A stretch of 63,260 bases of DNA, the filler included, from Octopus bimaculoides (taxonomy: Eukaryota): the NCBI RefSeq assembly GCF_001194135.2. It is 5 parts of 4 records of this genome, joined end to end, with 100 filler letters (N's around TTAATTAATTAA, not from the genome) between each part and the next. Parts side by side here need not be neighbours in the genome. Positions count along the whole stretch, not along the records: positions 41,184 to 51,242 come from NC_068991.1; positions 51,343 to 58,655 come from NC_068987.1; positions 58,756 to 63,260 come from NC_068988.1; 2 more parts are not named here. The stretch is one strand, 5' to 3'. This document shows, in pieces, positions 47,312 through 60,864 of the stretch (positions are counted from its first letter, which is position 1; each line of letters starts with the position of its first letter). The position numbers and the translations under genes were made by a program. The notes beneath the pieces are model-generated. The model was not told the DNA's origin, searched no databases, and was given only the letters and a program-made list of their open reading frames with translations.

Positions 47312-48627
47312 TTATAATTTTAAAATGATAAATCGTCCGAGGAACGAAGAACACGAGAATCGACACCATGACATGCTTGTTACGTTTTGACAGATTCGAA
47401 TGCAAGAATGCTAATCACTGCTGTGTATCGCCACTGGGTAGGTGCTTCTCCTTTACGACGACAACTGCGTTCATAACACATTCGAGAATGCATGGAAATA
47501 AAAACATGACACTTTCAGGAACCCGAGATAAATTTGTTGAAGTTCAAAATTTTCAGTAATAACAATCAACACCAAATCTTGGCATCTGCTATATTATTGT
47601 CTTCGTCAAATTTATGTTAGTTCTATAGGTGTCGATATCCACTCAGAAATATTCCAAAATATTGCACACTGATCGCAGATATAAAAATGTTAGTAATTAA
47701 AAGGTTATGACCAAGTCATTTGCAGAATTATTTCAACGGTTCGATTCAGCATACTAAATTATCTCGTTGGCAGAGATCATACTGAAATACGGATTTTTGG
47801 CACGCATTTTAATTAGAATCATTTATCGCTTGACTTCTATAGGTTATTTGAATTGTATTTAGGTAACTGCACATTGTGTTATCTGTCCACTTTAAGAAAC
47901 AAGAGAATGAAGTTATTATGAAGAAGGCTCTAGAACTGAAGCAAGTTAGTAAAGTTTTGTTTTAGTATGAAGGGCTGTACCTAAAATGTTGGGTGTTAAC
48001 TCGAAATGTGGGATACCATTATTTTCCAGCACGTCAACACAATACCATTTCGATACCATGCAGGTTTTTGAATTTGTTAGAAATTTAATTGAGAGATTAA
48101 CGAAAAAGTAATTAGCCACAGTATTTATATTCACCTCTGTCACGTTCGATATGCTTACATTAAAAAATGTTCGTATTAGATAATTATCGTAATCCAAATT
48201 TAATAATGCTGGAATTACCAAAATATAGAAAATATAACTAATATCAGAGATTAGCTATGTTGTCTTTTAGAAAGCTCATTATACACGGTGGTGCACCAGC
48301 ATGACCGCAGCCACTTGGCTGAAACACATAAATAAATAAATAAATACCAATCAGAAATACAATTTTGTTGCACTTTTATTATTGTCATTATTTTTAGTTA
48401 AGCAGTTAACCATTGAAATAATTAATCGGTTGTTTGATGAATCTTTCGTCCAATTTATCAGTCAGTTAGGTTCTTCAGAGATCTTTCATTGCCATTTTTG
48501 CGATAGACTTGCAATAGCATGGAGTAGCAATGATGAGTTTGCGAAAGGACTTTGACGAACGGAGCTGTTTGATTGATTAACAAAACGATTAATCAAAGAA
48601 GAAATTAGTTAATTGGTTAACTAGTTG

Positions 48628-48668
<41 letters not shown>

Positions 48669-50079
48669 TAAAAGAAATTAAATAAAAACAGTGCGTGTGT
48701 TTCTTACTAACATATTGACCATTCCAAAACACAACACAAGAATCCGTTTGAACACACGATTTTTCATCAAGAATCTTACAAACTAAATAAAAAAAAATAG
48801 TAATAAATAAAAAAATAATTTTAAAAAAGTGAAATTTCACAAATTGAATCTTTGCTTTTATGTTTGTTCTTTAAATATTCCAAATAGTTACTCGCATCAC
48901 CGAACACACTCCAGTCAGTCTTGAAATGACTCGAGCGAAATAAATTGTGTTTCATGGGAAAGCTGCTTCGCTATTTCTGCTTTAAATGTGGCTCAAGCTT
49001 TGTTGTGAGATTGAGAAGTTTGCTTCGTAACCTCGTGGTTCGGGTTCGAAACCATTGCTTGTCGTTGGCCAATGAATTATAAGTTTTGGTAGACATGTAC
49101 TGTGCGAAATCACGTCATACGTACGTATGTATGTACGTATATATACATTCATGTATATATGAATGTATGCGTGTATGTATGCCACCCTGCATGCCTGCCT
49201 GCCTGTATTTATGTATGTATGTATGTATGTATGTATGTGTGTGTATGTATGCATGCATGTATGCATGTATGTATCATCGCTTGATGGCGAGAAAATGCTG
49301 AGGCCTTCGTCCTGCAGTGGATCGAATATAAGCAATTTAATTCAATCCGGTGTATTCTGAAGGTCAATGCGTTGGTTTGGTTTGGGAGTTGTAGATCAAA
49401 ATGTCAGGGAAAATGTGTACGATATTAGTTGTAGGGAAACATTTCAGGCCTAGCATCTACTTGGCATTTTGTTACTTATCGCCACTGTACAGGCAACTAT
49501 ACACTATACAGAAAATAAAATGATGAATAATGAAGACAGACAATTATTTGGATCCTGCTCGAACAACAATGAATATGGCAGGATCTAAATAAAATTACAT
49601 TTCTGTAAACCATTCCCTTCCGACAATAGACCTTTGTGCTTGAAGTATATAAATGTTTCCTAACTTTCTCGTTTCACATTATTAGAAGTTCTCCGTCATC
49701 TCGATTTTCTTATTTTACTTCTGTATCAAAATGCTTCTAGCAAATAAGGATGCTCTTCTCTGCAACTATACAAAATGCAACTGTAATACACTCTACTTCT
49801 ATGCCCTATACACGCTACTATTCTACAAAAGTAACATACCATCCACGTTATAAACCTCTGCGTAGAATCTCTTTTGATCTGGGATCAATAGAATTATTTG
49901 AAAAGATCAATCACTAAATAGAGTGAGCGTTGTTTGATTTGTCATCGTTCCGGTTCTGATCTATTAATAGTCTCAACCTCATTTGCATACTCACCTTCTT
50001 AGGGGAGCTGAATTAATTTGCATATTCACCTCCAAACATATTTGAATTCTTAGAAGAGTCTTTATTATTTCAGCCCTAA

Positions 50080-50267
50080 AAGGCGGCGAGGCTGCAGAAT
50101 CAGCAGGGCGTCAGTGGATACTTTTTGCGACCTCTGCAGGGGTCAGCTTTGTCTTCCACCCTTCTAAGGTCTATAAAATAAAGTACCAGTCATGTACTGA
50201 GGTTGACAGCATCAGTTAACTCTTTCCTCTGAAAACTGACGGCCTTGCGTCTAAATCAGGAACCAAT
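50080..50267 (+). mobile_element. Degenerate family B SINE
   Basis: aaggcggcgaggctgcagaatc..ctataaaataaagtaccag..ggccttgcgtctaaatcaggaacc. Confidence 0.6.
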
Positions 50268-51699
50268 GTTTCAGCACTGATTACGTTAATTACCTCGTAC
50301 TCCGTCCATTCAATAAACTGCAAATGGGTACTTAGGTACTTAGGTACGGCATAATACGAATCAGATAGAATGGAATGTTAATTATTCATTATGCGTATAT
50401 GTGATGATGATGCTAAAGCCTTCTGTTCTTCCATCGACGCACTGATCATGCTGTATGAAACTCGTGTTAACAAGAGTTTGAATAATTCAGTCATTCCTTT
50501 ACCATTAGTGGTCAAATGAAATAAATCTAGCAAGAACAGCAGAACAGCGAGTTTTGAAAAATGGAATGATAATGAATCCAATTTGCTATCGGAGAATTCG
50601 GTATATATTTTGCCACACACTCTGGAAACAGGGAGCAATGCTAGGTTGTCATGAAAACAAAGGATTCCGTGATGTCTTTGAATTCAAAGAACACAAGGAT
50701 AAAGAAGAATAGCTTTAACTAAGATCAATATGAAGGCCAATGCTGTCACAAGAGCACGCTAGGGTTATGAAAGCTTTTGCAGTGGAATCTTGTTAGATAG
50801 CACCATATGCATATTGATATTGCTCAAGATATTGGGATCAAAACGACCGAGTGAATGCGTTAAATTTCAGTATTTGAAGAAAGCTTTCCCCACTGTGATC
50901 GAGTGATCTATTGAAATAAATTTCGGCCATGATTAATCTTATCAGATAGGGATTAATATTTTTTCCAATAAGAATGAAAAGTGTTGGTGCTAAAACTATT
51001 ATCACGGAGACATAAATAGGATTTCTCTCGGATCAAACTCCAAATACTCAATCGTTACAAAATTTGCAGAAAAGTTAATTTGTAAGAAATGGAAATGGCA
51101 TCAAGTACAATTTGCGTTTCATATTTCTTAATTTTTATAACCAAATCAAATTTTCGACGTCTCAAGAAATTTATTCATCGATGCATATATCAATATCGTA
51201 ATTAACGCTTACTGATATATATATATATATATAAATATATATNNNNNNNNNNNNNNNNNNNNNNNNNNNNNNNNNNNNNNNNNNNNTTAATTAATTAANN
51301 NNNNNNNNNNNNNNNNNNNNNNNNNNNNNNNNNNNNNNNNNNATAGATGAGACATACATAAATACATACATATATAGATTGATAGACAGATAGAGAGATA
51401 GATCGATAGATTGATAGATAAATAGATAGATAGATAGATAGATACATACATACATACATACATACATAAATACATAGTGACCTTAGTGGTTAGTCTAGTA
51501 TTCGGCCATACGTTGTTACTACTGATACGAAGGTAACATACGCTATTAATAAATAATCTGTGTACAGAAAGCTGGTAAGATTACATAAGAACGCTTCTAT
51601 ATATTTATGCAGTAGCATATATATATATATATATATATACAAAAGATATGGTCATTTGAACAAAGATATTGTCCGTGGCACATTTAAAGTTCTTGTATC

Positions 51700-52320
51700 T
51701 ACGCGTAAATTTGAGCTTCTGAAGTGGCCACAAGAACTCTGTGAAGTAGAATTTCGAACTCTCAAACGACTTATTGTTACAGGAAATTTCTGCATCAGTG
51801 GAGGTATAAATGGGCTATGCTTCGTGCGCAAGAGTGGTGGCCCTCTTCATAGATGTATATTGATATCATAAGAAGCACATTGTATGACACTGATGCTGTA
51901 TCTTCAGCAGAGAAATGTGATCAATAACTATCCAGCACAAGTTTACGACTATGAAATCAAGAGCATAATTAGAATAACGAATGAACTTGAGGCAGACCTC
52001 TCCCTAAGGAATATTCCCAAATTCTGTTTATGAAGAGAACAAAATATTAAAAGATAGGCAAGCTCATTGAGAAGATAGTGTCTAGGTTCTTGGCAAGAAA
52101 GACACAATCCATAAAAGGAGTTGACCATATCAAAAGTTTGTTCTGGATGAAGAGATCTTTATCAAGTAAACAGCAACATAAAAGACAGAAAACATTGATT
52201 GACAACAAATATAGGCTGTGCAAAGCAAGAAAAGAAGATATTAACTACGTTATTGCCAACTGCGAGAGAATGTCTTCCAGATATTATCTTCCCATGAAGC
52301 ATATTGCGGTGGCTAGAACA
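51700..52320 (+). mobile_element. RLE-type non-LTR retrotransposon fragment (RT end + CCHC knuckle)
   Basis: IDNKYRLCKARKEDINYVIANCERMSSRYYLPMKH resembles the CRLC..E...HI...C..RHD zinc knuckle; 5' boundary approximate. Confidence 0.65.
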
Positions 52321-52569
52321 TTCCGGAACAGTATAACGANNNNNNNNNNACGTCCTATAGGAAATATGCCTGCGGACTGCACTTGTAATTTGATATTAAT
52401 TCCTTGTCTCACCTTATCCTTTCCTTGTACATACTTGTATATGGTATGCTCGCGCACGCACACGGGAGCGCACACGCACATACAAGCACGAAGAAACACA
52501 CACACATGCACACATATATATGTATATATGTCTGTATATGTACACATCTGTGAGCATACATATGTATAC

Positions 52570-52602
<33 letters not shown>

Positions 52603-52652
52603 NNNNNNNNNNNNNNNNNNNNNNNNNNNNNNNNNNNNNNNNNNNNNNNNNN

Positions 52653-52684
<32 letters not shown>

Positions 52685-54091
52685 TAAATTTCTGGGTACT
52701 AAAATATTATTTAGAAATTGTTTACCACCGTGTAGAAAAACTAGTCAATAGACTATATGTTATTCATTATATATACAGTGTACATTTAAACACATAAGAG
52801 ATGGCCGTAACCGGACATCTAAACCGCAAGAATGAGTAGTTAAAATCCAAACCGCAATTAGGGCTAATTTCGAAATTACACTTAATTGTTTGCATATATA
52901 TATATATATATATATACGGTTGTGTCTGAGGAGAGTGTGTGTATGTATACATACATACATACATACATATATACATATGCACACACACAGACATACATGC
53001 ACACACATGCACACATACACGCATACATACATACACACACACTCAGACACACGCATGCGCAAAAGAAAAAAAAGAAAAGCAAAAACAGAACGCAACGTGA
53101 ATAACGGACAGAGTCAAGACTATTGAAAAGATTGCAAGACGCAACGAAATTTTAGAAAAATAAAAATAATAAGTGGAAATTTTAACGGTGAGTGTGTTAA
53201 ATTTTAAGGCACGAAAAGAAAATGAATGCTTCAGCACACGAAATCACATCAAAAATCTTGCAAACCAAATCCCAGAACGAAATATATATATATATTTATA
53301 TATANNNNNNNNNNNNNNNNNNNNNNNNNNNNNNNNNNNNNNNNNNNNNNNNNNNNNNNNNNNNNNNNNNNNNNNNNNNNNNNNNNNNNNNNNNNNNNNN
53401 NNNNNNNNNNNNNNNNNNNNNNNNNNNNNNNNNNNNNNNNNNNNNNNNNNNNNNNNNNNNNNNNNNNNNNNNNNNNNNNNNNNNNNNNNNNNNNNNNNNN
53501 NNNNNNNNNNNNNNNNNNNNNNNNNNNNNNNNNNNNNNNNNNNNNNNNNNNNNNNNNNNNNNNNNNNNNNNNNNNNNNNNNNNNNNNNNNNNNNNNNNNN
53601 NNNNNNNNNNNNNNNNNNNNNNNNNNNNNNNNNNNNNNNNNNNNNNNNNNNNNNNNNNNNNNNNNNNNNNNNNNNNNNNNNNNNNNNNNNNNNNNNNNNN
53701 NNNNNNNNNNNNNNNNNNNNNNNNNNNNNNNNNNNNNNNNNNNNNNNNNNNNNNNNNNNNNNNNNNNNNNNNNNNNNNNNNNNNNNNNNNNNNNNNNNNN
53801 NNNNNNNNNNNNNNNNNNNNNNNNNNNNNNNNNNNNNNNNNNNNNNNNNNNNNNNNNNNNNNNNNNNNNNNNNNNNNNNNNNNNNNNNNNNNNNNNNNNN
53901 NNNNNNNNNNNNNNNNNNNNNNNNNNNNNNNNNNNNNNNNNNNNNNNNNNNNNNNNNNNNNNNNNNNNNNNNNNNNNNNNNNNNNNNNNNNNNNNNNNNN
54001 NNNNNNNNNNNNNNNNNNNNNNNNNNNNNNNNNNNNNNNNNNNNNNNNNNNNNNNNNNNNNNNNNNNNNNNNNNNNNNNNNNNNNNNNNNN

Positions 54092-54148
<57 letters not shown>

Positions 54149-56199
54149 TATATACATATACATACATATACATAAACAATATATATGTATACATACATAC
54201 ATATATGAATATACATTTGTATGTGCATACACACCTGCCCACATGCACTTAAAATCACACAAATTCTCCCCTACATATATATACAGATACTATGTGTGCC
54301 ATTGTTTCTGTGTATGTTGTGTCTATTAACGTTGTTAGTTTATTATGAAGGTCTTAGTTTGTAACATTGTTCTGCCTGTATGTAAGCATCATTGGTACAC
54401 AGTCCACTTAAAATATATTGCCGCACATAACTTAGAGTGTCTACAGAGTAAAATTTAAAATTACAATGTAGACCGCTGGTCTAATTAAGACAGAGATGCA
54501 TGTATCAAAGTGATGTACGTCTTTCGTCATTGATTGTGTATTAGTGTTCTCTTCATTTTCGTCTGACCTACCTTATACAAATCGCATAACTCCACATTTT
54601 CTTTCTTGCGCATTCTCTATGTGCATTCAGTCAGTTGTAACTAATTATATACATTATACGACATGTTGCAATTGAAAGGCTGTGCCATCATCCGCAATAA
54701 TGCAGCACATTTCGCTTATAGGTAACTTCTAGGACACATCATGTCTTTCTAAATAAGATTGGCAACGAAGATTTGTAAATATCAGCAATGCATATACCTA
54801 GTTCCGACAAAAACATATCTGCGTAATATAATATAAAAAGTCAAATTTACAGGGAAGTAACTAACACTCATGCGCACGAGCGATGCAGACACACATAATT
54901 ACAAGCATGTATGAATGAATGAATATATATATTTATATATGTATATCTATATATATATATATACATATATGTATAGATACATATATATACNNNNNNNNNN
55001 NNNNNNNNNNNNNNNNNNNNNNNNNNNNNNNNNNNNNNNNNNNNNNNNNNNNNNNNNNNNNNNNNNNNNNNNNNNNNNNNNNNNNNNNNNNNNNNNNNNN
55101 NNNNNNNNNNNNNNNNNNNNNNNNNNNNNNNNNNNNNNNNNNNNNNNNNNNNNNNNNNNNNNNNNNNNNNNNNNNNNNNNNNNNNNNNNNNNNNNNNNNN
55201 NNNNNNNNNNNNNNNNNNNNNNNNNNNNNNNNNNNNNNNNNNNNNNNNNNNNNNNNNNNNNNNNNNNNNNNNNNNNNNNNNNNNNNNNNNNNNNNNNNNN
55301 NNNNNNNNNNNNNNNNNNNNNNNNNNNNNNNNNNNNNNNNNNNNNNNNNNNNNNNNNNNNNNNNNNNNNNNNNNNNNNNNNNNNNNNNNNNNNNNNNNNN
55401 NNNNNNNNNNNNNNNNNNNNNNNNNNNNNNNNNNNNNNNNNNNNNNNNNNNNNNNNNNNNNNNNNNNNNNNNNNNNNNNNNNNNNNNNNNNNNNNNNNNN
55501 NNNNNNNNNNNNNNNNNNNNNNNNNNNNNNNNNNNNNNNNNNNNNNNNNNNNNNNNNNNNNNNNNNNNNNNNNNNNNNNNNNNNNNNNNNNNNNNNNNNN
55601 NNNNNNNNNNNNNNNNNNNNNNNNNNNNNNNNNNNNNNNNNNNNNNNNNNNNNNNNNNNNNNNNNNNNNNNNNNNNNNNNNNNNNNNNNNNNNNNNNNNN
55701 NNNNNNNNNNNNNNNNNNNNNNNNNNNNNNNNNNNNNNNNNNNNNNNNNNNNNNNNNNNNNNNNNNNNNNNNNNNNNNNNNNNNNNNNNNNNNNNNNNNN
55801 NNNNNNTATATATATATACTCAATATAAAATAGTGTACATTTAAACACAAGAGAAGCTGCCTTTAACAAGCAGCTTTACACGCTAGAAGAAGCAAACAAA
55901 ACGACCAAAACCACATTTAAGTGCAATTTCGAAGGGAATGAGATATACATACTTTTACGGTCATACATAGGTGTCGAATTTTTTTTTAACTAATAAATTA
56001 ATTTGTTAGGTGAAATTCTCATCAGTGATCGCGCCATCACATTAACATATAATTTAGAGATAAATAACACGTGTCTCATCCTTATATATTATAATTTTTG
56101 AAATTCACCGCGCAAGCGCAGTTTCAGTCGGCAGCAAATTAAAAAAAATGCCGAACTAATCTTCTGAAAATGCTAAATAATATGTGCAAAGTAGCCCAA

Positions 56200-56702
56200 A
56201 ACCTCCACTAGGCTACTATGCCGTAAGTATCTATATGAGGTTCGAAAAGTGGAAGGCAAAAATCCTCTGGGACTTTAATTTCCAGATAGACAAGGTTTTA
56301 GAGCACCGAAGGCCGGATATGGTAACCATTAGGAGGGACAAACAAGATTGTTTTATAATCGACGTCGCAGTGCCAGGAGGTCAACATATCACGATGAAAG
56401 AAAGATAAATATGGTGATCCAAGAACAGGGATCGCTAAGCTATGGCAGCTACGAGAGTCGAACATATATGTTATTCCTATTGTCAACAAAGCATTGTGTT
56501 CAATACCACTCAATCTGAAAAAAAATATCTGAAAACCTTAGAAATACGCTACAATCTTGATGTATTGCAAAGCTCGGCATTACTTGAAACTGCACTCCAT
56601 ATTGCATAAAGCATTGTCTGTCTGGCGTCCTTGTAACTTGACAAACAGTACAAACCCCCGTTAGACAAAATATCTTCACGATATTGTATTCTGTGCGACG
56701 TC

Positions 56703-56703
<1 letters not shown>
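56200..56703 (+). mobile_element. R4/Dong-type LINE RLE domain and 3' end followed by (AAT)n
   Basis: KILWDFNFQIDKVLEHRRPDMV..CFIIDVAVPG (PD..D motif); stops and frameshifts downstream. Confidence 0.85.
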
Positions 56704-56764
<61 letters not shown>

Positions 56765-56769
56765 TGATA

Positions 56770-56841
<72 letters not shown>

Positions 56842-56929
56842 TGAGACCTGGATCCAACTTGTACAAATGCAAAGCAAAAGTCAAACATAAAATAATAATA
56901 ATAATAATAATAACAACAACAACAATTGG

Positions 56930-57830
56930 TGAAAATCGCCACCTGTTGTATGCGGATGAACTCAAACGCTATACAAAAAGTAAAAAAAACTTGTTCGTCT
57001 AATCCAAACGGGAAGTAGTCGATGAGTATATTGGAATGTAGTGTAGGGCAAATAAGTGTCCAGCGGTAAATATAAAGAGAGACCGAAAGATAAAAATCTG
57101 ATGGGAAAATTACAAGACAACAATATAAGATCACTGTGGAATAATTAGGGTTACAGATGCCTAAATATCGCTGTAAGAAGGTATGATAATGGATAGAGAG
57201 AGATGAGAATAAAACACTTCAAAGTATACAGGAGAAGATTTAGGAAAATGTTTGAAACAAAAGGAAATGGAGAGAATATTACCAAAGTATTGAATCCATG
57301 GGCTTTTCCAGTATTAAGATATTCTGCTCCCCTTCTAAAATCGACAGTAATCAATCTACGGTAGTTAGATTGAACTAAGAAACCGTTTACAATATGCAAC
57401 GTGCACCCTCTTTCAGGTAATTCTAACAGCCTCTACCTATGAAAATATTAAGGGGACAAAAGTTATATACAAAGCAATTTACTGACAACGTATGAAAATT
57501 CAAAAGCAGAAGGGATAAAATAGGTCTCTAGAAAGAGAAACAATTATATAACCAATTCATAGAGGTTGAAAGTAAAGAAATGCGTAATTAGTCCGGTGCA
57601 TGAAAACCTGAAACGTGAGACCGAACCGCTAATTATAGCTGCAAATGTACAAGCCACTGAAACGAACCTTATAAAATTGAAAATAGATAAAACCCAGTCA
57701 GAGAACAAACGCAGAAATAGTGAGATAGAAGACAAAAAACATAATCTGCCACTTGGTTGCAGGAAAAAAATTATGTCAAAATAATAAAATACTGGGGCAA
57801 ACACATACCAGATGGAGGATGTGATAGAAA
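56930..57830 (+). mobile_element. Degenerate R4/Dong-type RT fragment
   Basis: NITKVLNPWAFPVLRYSAP (cf. NKIxAINTWAVPVIRYS) and a remnant of the HLLYMDDLKLY motif. Confidence 0.6.
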
Positions 57831-57896
57831 ATAATTATCCGATTTTATGACTCCGCAACAAATACTGAAAATACGTTCCACGTACTTGTATATGTA

Positions 57897-58585
57897 CAGT
57901 ACCGTGCAAAAGTGTTCGGCTAATTAAACTATTCTTCGATACCTTCTGGCAAATTCTCGTTTATTAGAAAGTGAATCGACCCACGTTACACGTGGGAAAC
58001 TGAACTTTGTGGGGTAGAATCTGATGCTGTGGGGATACATAGAAAGTGATGGTTTGAGAAAGCTGGTTAAAATTGACGGTAACTTGATTAGTGCCAAATA
58101 CATCCAGTTGCTGAAGGACAATTTGATACCAGACTTGGATGAAGGTGAGATATTTCAGCATGATGGAGCTCCATGTCACAGATCGTGTGGAACACAACGG
58201 AGTCTGATCGATGAAGGTGTTACCTTATTGTAAAATTGCCCAGCTCAGAGTAATGATTTAACTATCATCGAACAAATGTGGACAGAACTAAAAAGAAGAG
58301 TTCGTCAAAAGAATCTACACAATCTTGAAGAGTTGTGGGAGCTCAGCCACAGAGAATGGCTTCTCATACCTTTGAAGATAGTGAAGGATTTGTACGCATC
58401 TCTTCTCAAGCGCAGTCAAGCGATTATTCAAGCTAAAAGAAGCCACACGAAGTATTAACAACGTTCAGTAACTTCTTGAAATAAACATTATGTAATACAT
58501 TTTCATTATAATCATTTTTTCTGTTTTAAAAACCTGTATCTTCATTGGTTTATGTAAGGTGACCGAAAACATTTGCACGGCTATT
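57897..58585 (+). mobile_element. Tc1/mariner deletion derivative with both TIRs and a C-terminal DDE fossil
   Basis: TA-CAGTACCGTGCAAAAGTGTTCGG left TIR; right TIR CCGAAAACATTTGCACGG at 58563-58580; LMLWG..IFQHDGAPCH..PAQSNDLTIIEQMWTELKRRV..TKY*, with one internal stop. Confidence 0.9.
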
Positions 58586-60814
58586 TTTGGTGGTTATCTC
58601 ACACCTTCCCCTCTCATTCAGAACCCCTACTACAACAGGGACAATGTTTCATCTGNNNNNNNNNNNNNNNNNNNNNNNNNNNNNNNNNNNNNNNNNNNNT
58701 TAATTAATTAANNNNNNNNNNNNNNNNNNNNNNNNNNNNNNNNNNNNNNNNNNNNATATATATATATAGATATAATATATATATTATCTATCTACATATG
58801 TATATACCTATATATCCATATATATGTGTGTATGTATTCATATATATGTATACAAACTTATAAACAGGGGTGATATTTACTGTAATAACCGTAGTAGTTT
58901 TGCCGGTTGTGGTAGCGTTAAATGGTTGAAGAACAGATTGTCTGGAGCTGAAGATGATTTATTAGATAATTTTCTTCATGAAGACACAGCCATCCTGCAA
59001 AGAATTAACTAGCAGGAAGCATCATGTAGTAAGGCAAGAACAATTAAAGACGATGGTTTGATGTAATTGAGTATTGGCAAGTGAATCTAAATGTCAGAAT
59101 GAAGCAGTTAGTTTCTAATCTATCTCATATAAACGTGGCTTGAATACATTTTATTTTGTGTGGGTAGATACTTGCGTGTGCTTATGTCTCTACATTAGTG
59201 TGTTTATGTATATATGTATACGAATATGGATGAACGTATGTATATGTGTGTGTGCGTGTGTGTCTGTGTGTTGTGTTTCTGACTATTTTAAGTCAAGTAG
59301 TAGCAGGAAATTAAGTCACTTGTGAAGAACATAGCGCTATACTTTGCATCAGTTATAACAACATATTTCTTACGTGGACACAAGGCCTTAGTTTTATTAA
59401 GAGATGGAAATGAGATTGTGCGGTTTTGGCGCATTTTCGACTTAAATATGTTGAATTAGTTCTATTAGTGTGACAAAAACTTACACCAGTCTACCATCAC
59501 CGTTATTTTTCCATTATATTACCTGATAATCTAGTGTGGTAGCAGTCTATGCCAGAAACACAAGTCACATTTCCTTCAAATTATAAACACCTTACGTACA
59601 AAGAAGCACTTTGTTGTGTCTGTCTGCAGGGAAAGAAAAGTGTTGATGGTTGCTATTGGATTGACTTTAATTGATCTGCTTTCTCAGAACTAAACTTTGA
59701 TCTGCTTGCTCAGAGTAAACATAACTATAGCAACAGTAGTGTGGAATGTACCATGACAACAGCAAGAACAACAACAGTGTCAACTGTAGCTAAAAGCACG
59801 ACCACAACGACCAGCAATACAGCCAGGCAGAACAGGGGGTGAACAACACCGGAGTAGGTCAGAAATGGAAATAAAAACATCATCAAAAATAAATACAACA
59901 AAAGAAACACAGTATAACAGATCTTGGGACAAGCAACCAATGGTTCTATTTTACTTCTTTTATTATTAATCGTCAATTCATTACCATTTAACCAATTAAC
60001 TAATAGATTGTGTTATTAATTGTTCAGTCAATCAATCAATCAATCAAGTAGGTTTGCCAAAATTCTTTCGTGGTCATTTGCGATCTCATCAACAACTTGC
60101 CCTCTCTACTGAGGGTCCACTTCAGGTCGTTGGTATTGCGGTATTTTCCCGGTGTGTAGTGGATATAATTATATTGTCGGTCTCTGTGAGTTGATATTGC
60201 CTCAGTTGTACCGTTGCAGTATATGGCAGTGAGTGTGTTTGTTAGTATTGGAGTCTCGCTGGGAAATGTAGTGGTTATCGACGTACTATCTACTGTAGTA
60301 TTACTAATGTTTTGTTAGGTATATAGTGGTAGTGGCTATGTAGCGTATAGTGGTGTATTTTAGCATGTTGATAATTGTTATGTCTCAACGCTACTGCTAT
60401 CCAGCGCCTTCGGATGATCTCTACTCCACCGCTACACAACTGCTACTCAACCCTACCACGGCCAGGCTACCTCTATTTATATATCCTACTTCTTCGCCTG
60501 GGGGCGTCGACACAACAATAATATAGGTGAGTGTCGTCATATACTATTGTAGTGTTGTTGTGGTGTGTTGTTTTCGTAGTTGTATCGATTCAGAGTGTTG
60601 TTGTTGTTGTGTAATGCAGTACTGATGTGTTATATACGCGTGTTGGTGTTTGATATATAGTGTCATGTTTTGTGTTTCAATGGTTATAGTTTAATCCAGC
60701 GTCAACCCTTAGTAAACCTGTGATCTGTGACTTCTGACTAATGACCAATGATCCAACGTGATGCTACCTAGAACAAACTTATTTTCGAGTATTATGCATA
60801 TGAATACCCTTATC

Positions 60815-60864
<50 letters not shown>

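Noticed and set aside
47629-47688. 60-nt plus-strand AG...GT candidate micro-exon (CRYPLRNIPKYCTLIADIK)
   Set aside because: No compatible neighbouring exons found; within chance expectation.
48520-48560. TGATGAG..CGAAA here and a homologous stretch on minus at ~60100-60060
   Set aside because: The two regions are related repeats, but C3 is missing and stems II and III cannot form convincingly in either copy.
52808-52830. GGCC-GTAA-CCGG-AC resembling the hammerhead 3' half GAAACCGGTC
   Set aside because: Two core mismatches and no upstream CTGANGA.
4689-55869. Long ORFs in the track spanning N runs or (TA)n/(CA)n/(CATA)n tracts
   Set aside because: Artifacts of gaps and microsatellites (poly-X, IYIY, CVCV, HTHT); no coding signal.
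56137-56162. TCGGCA...TGCCGA hairpin followed by CTAA-T as a Helitron 3' end
   Set aside because: Spacing is atypical and no 5' TC end or helicase remnant was identified.
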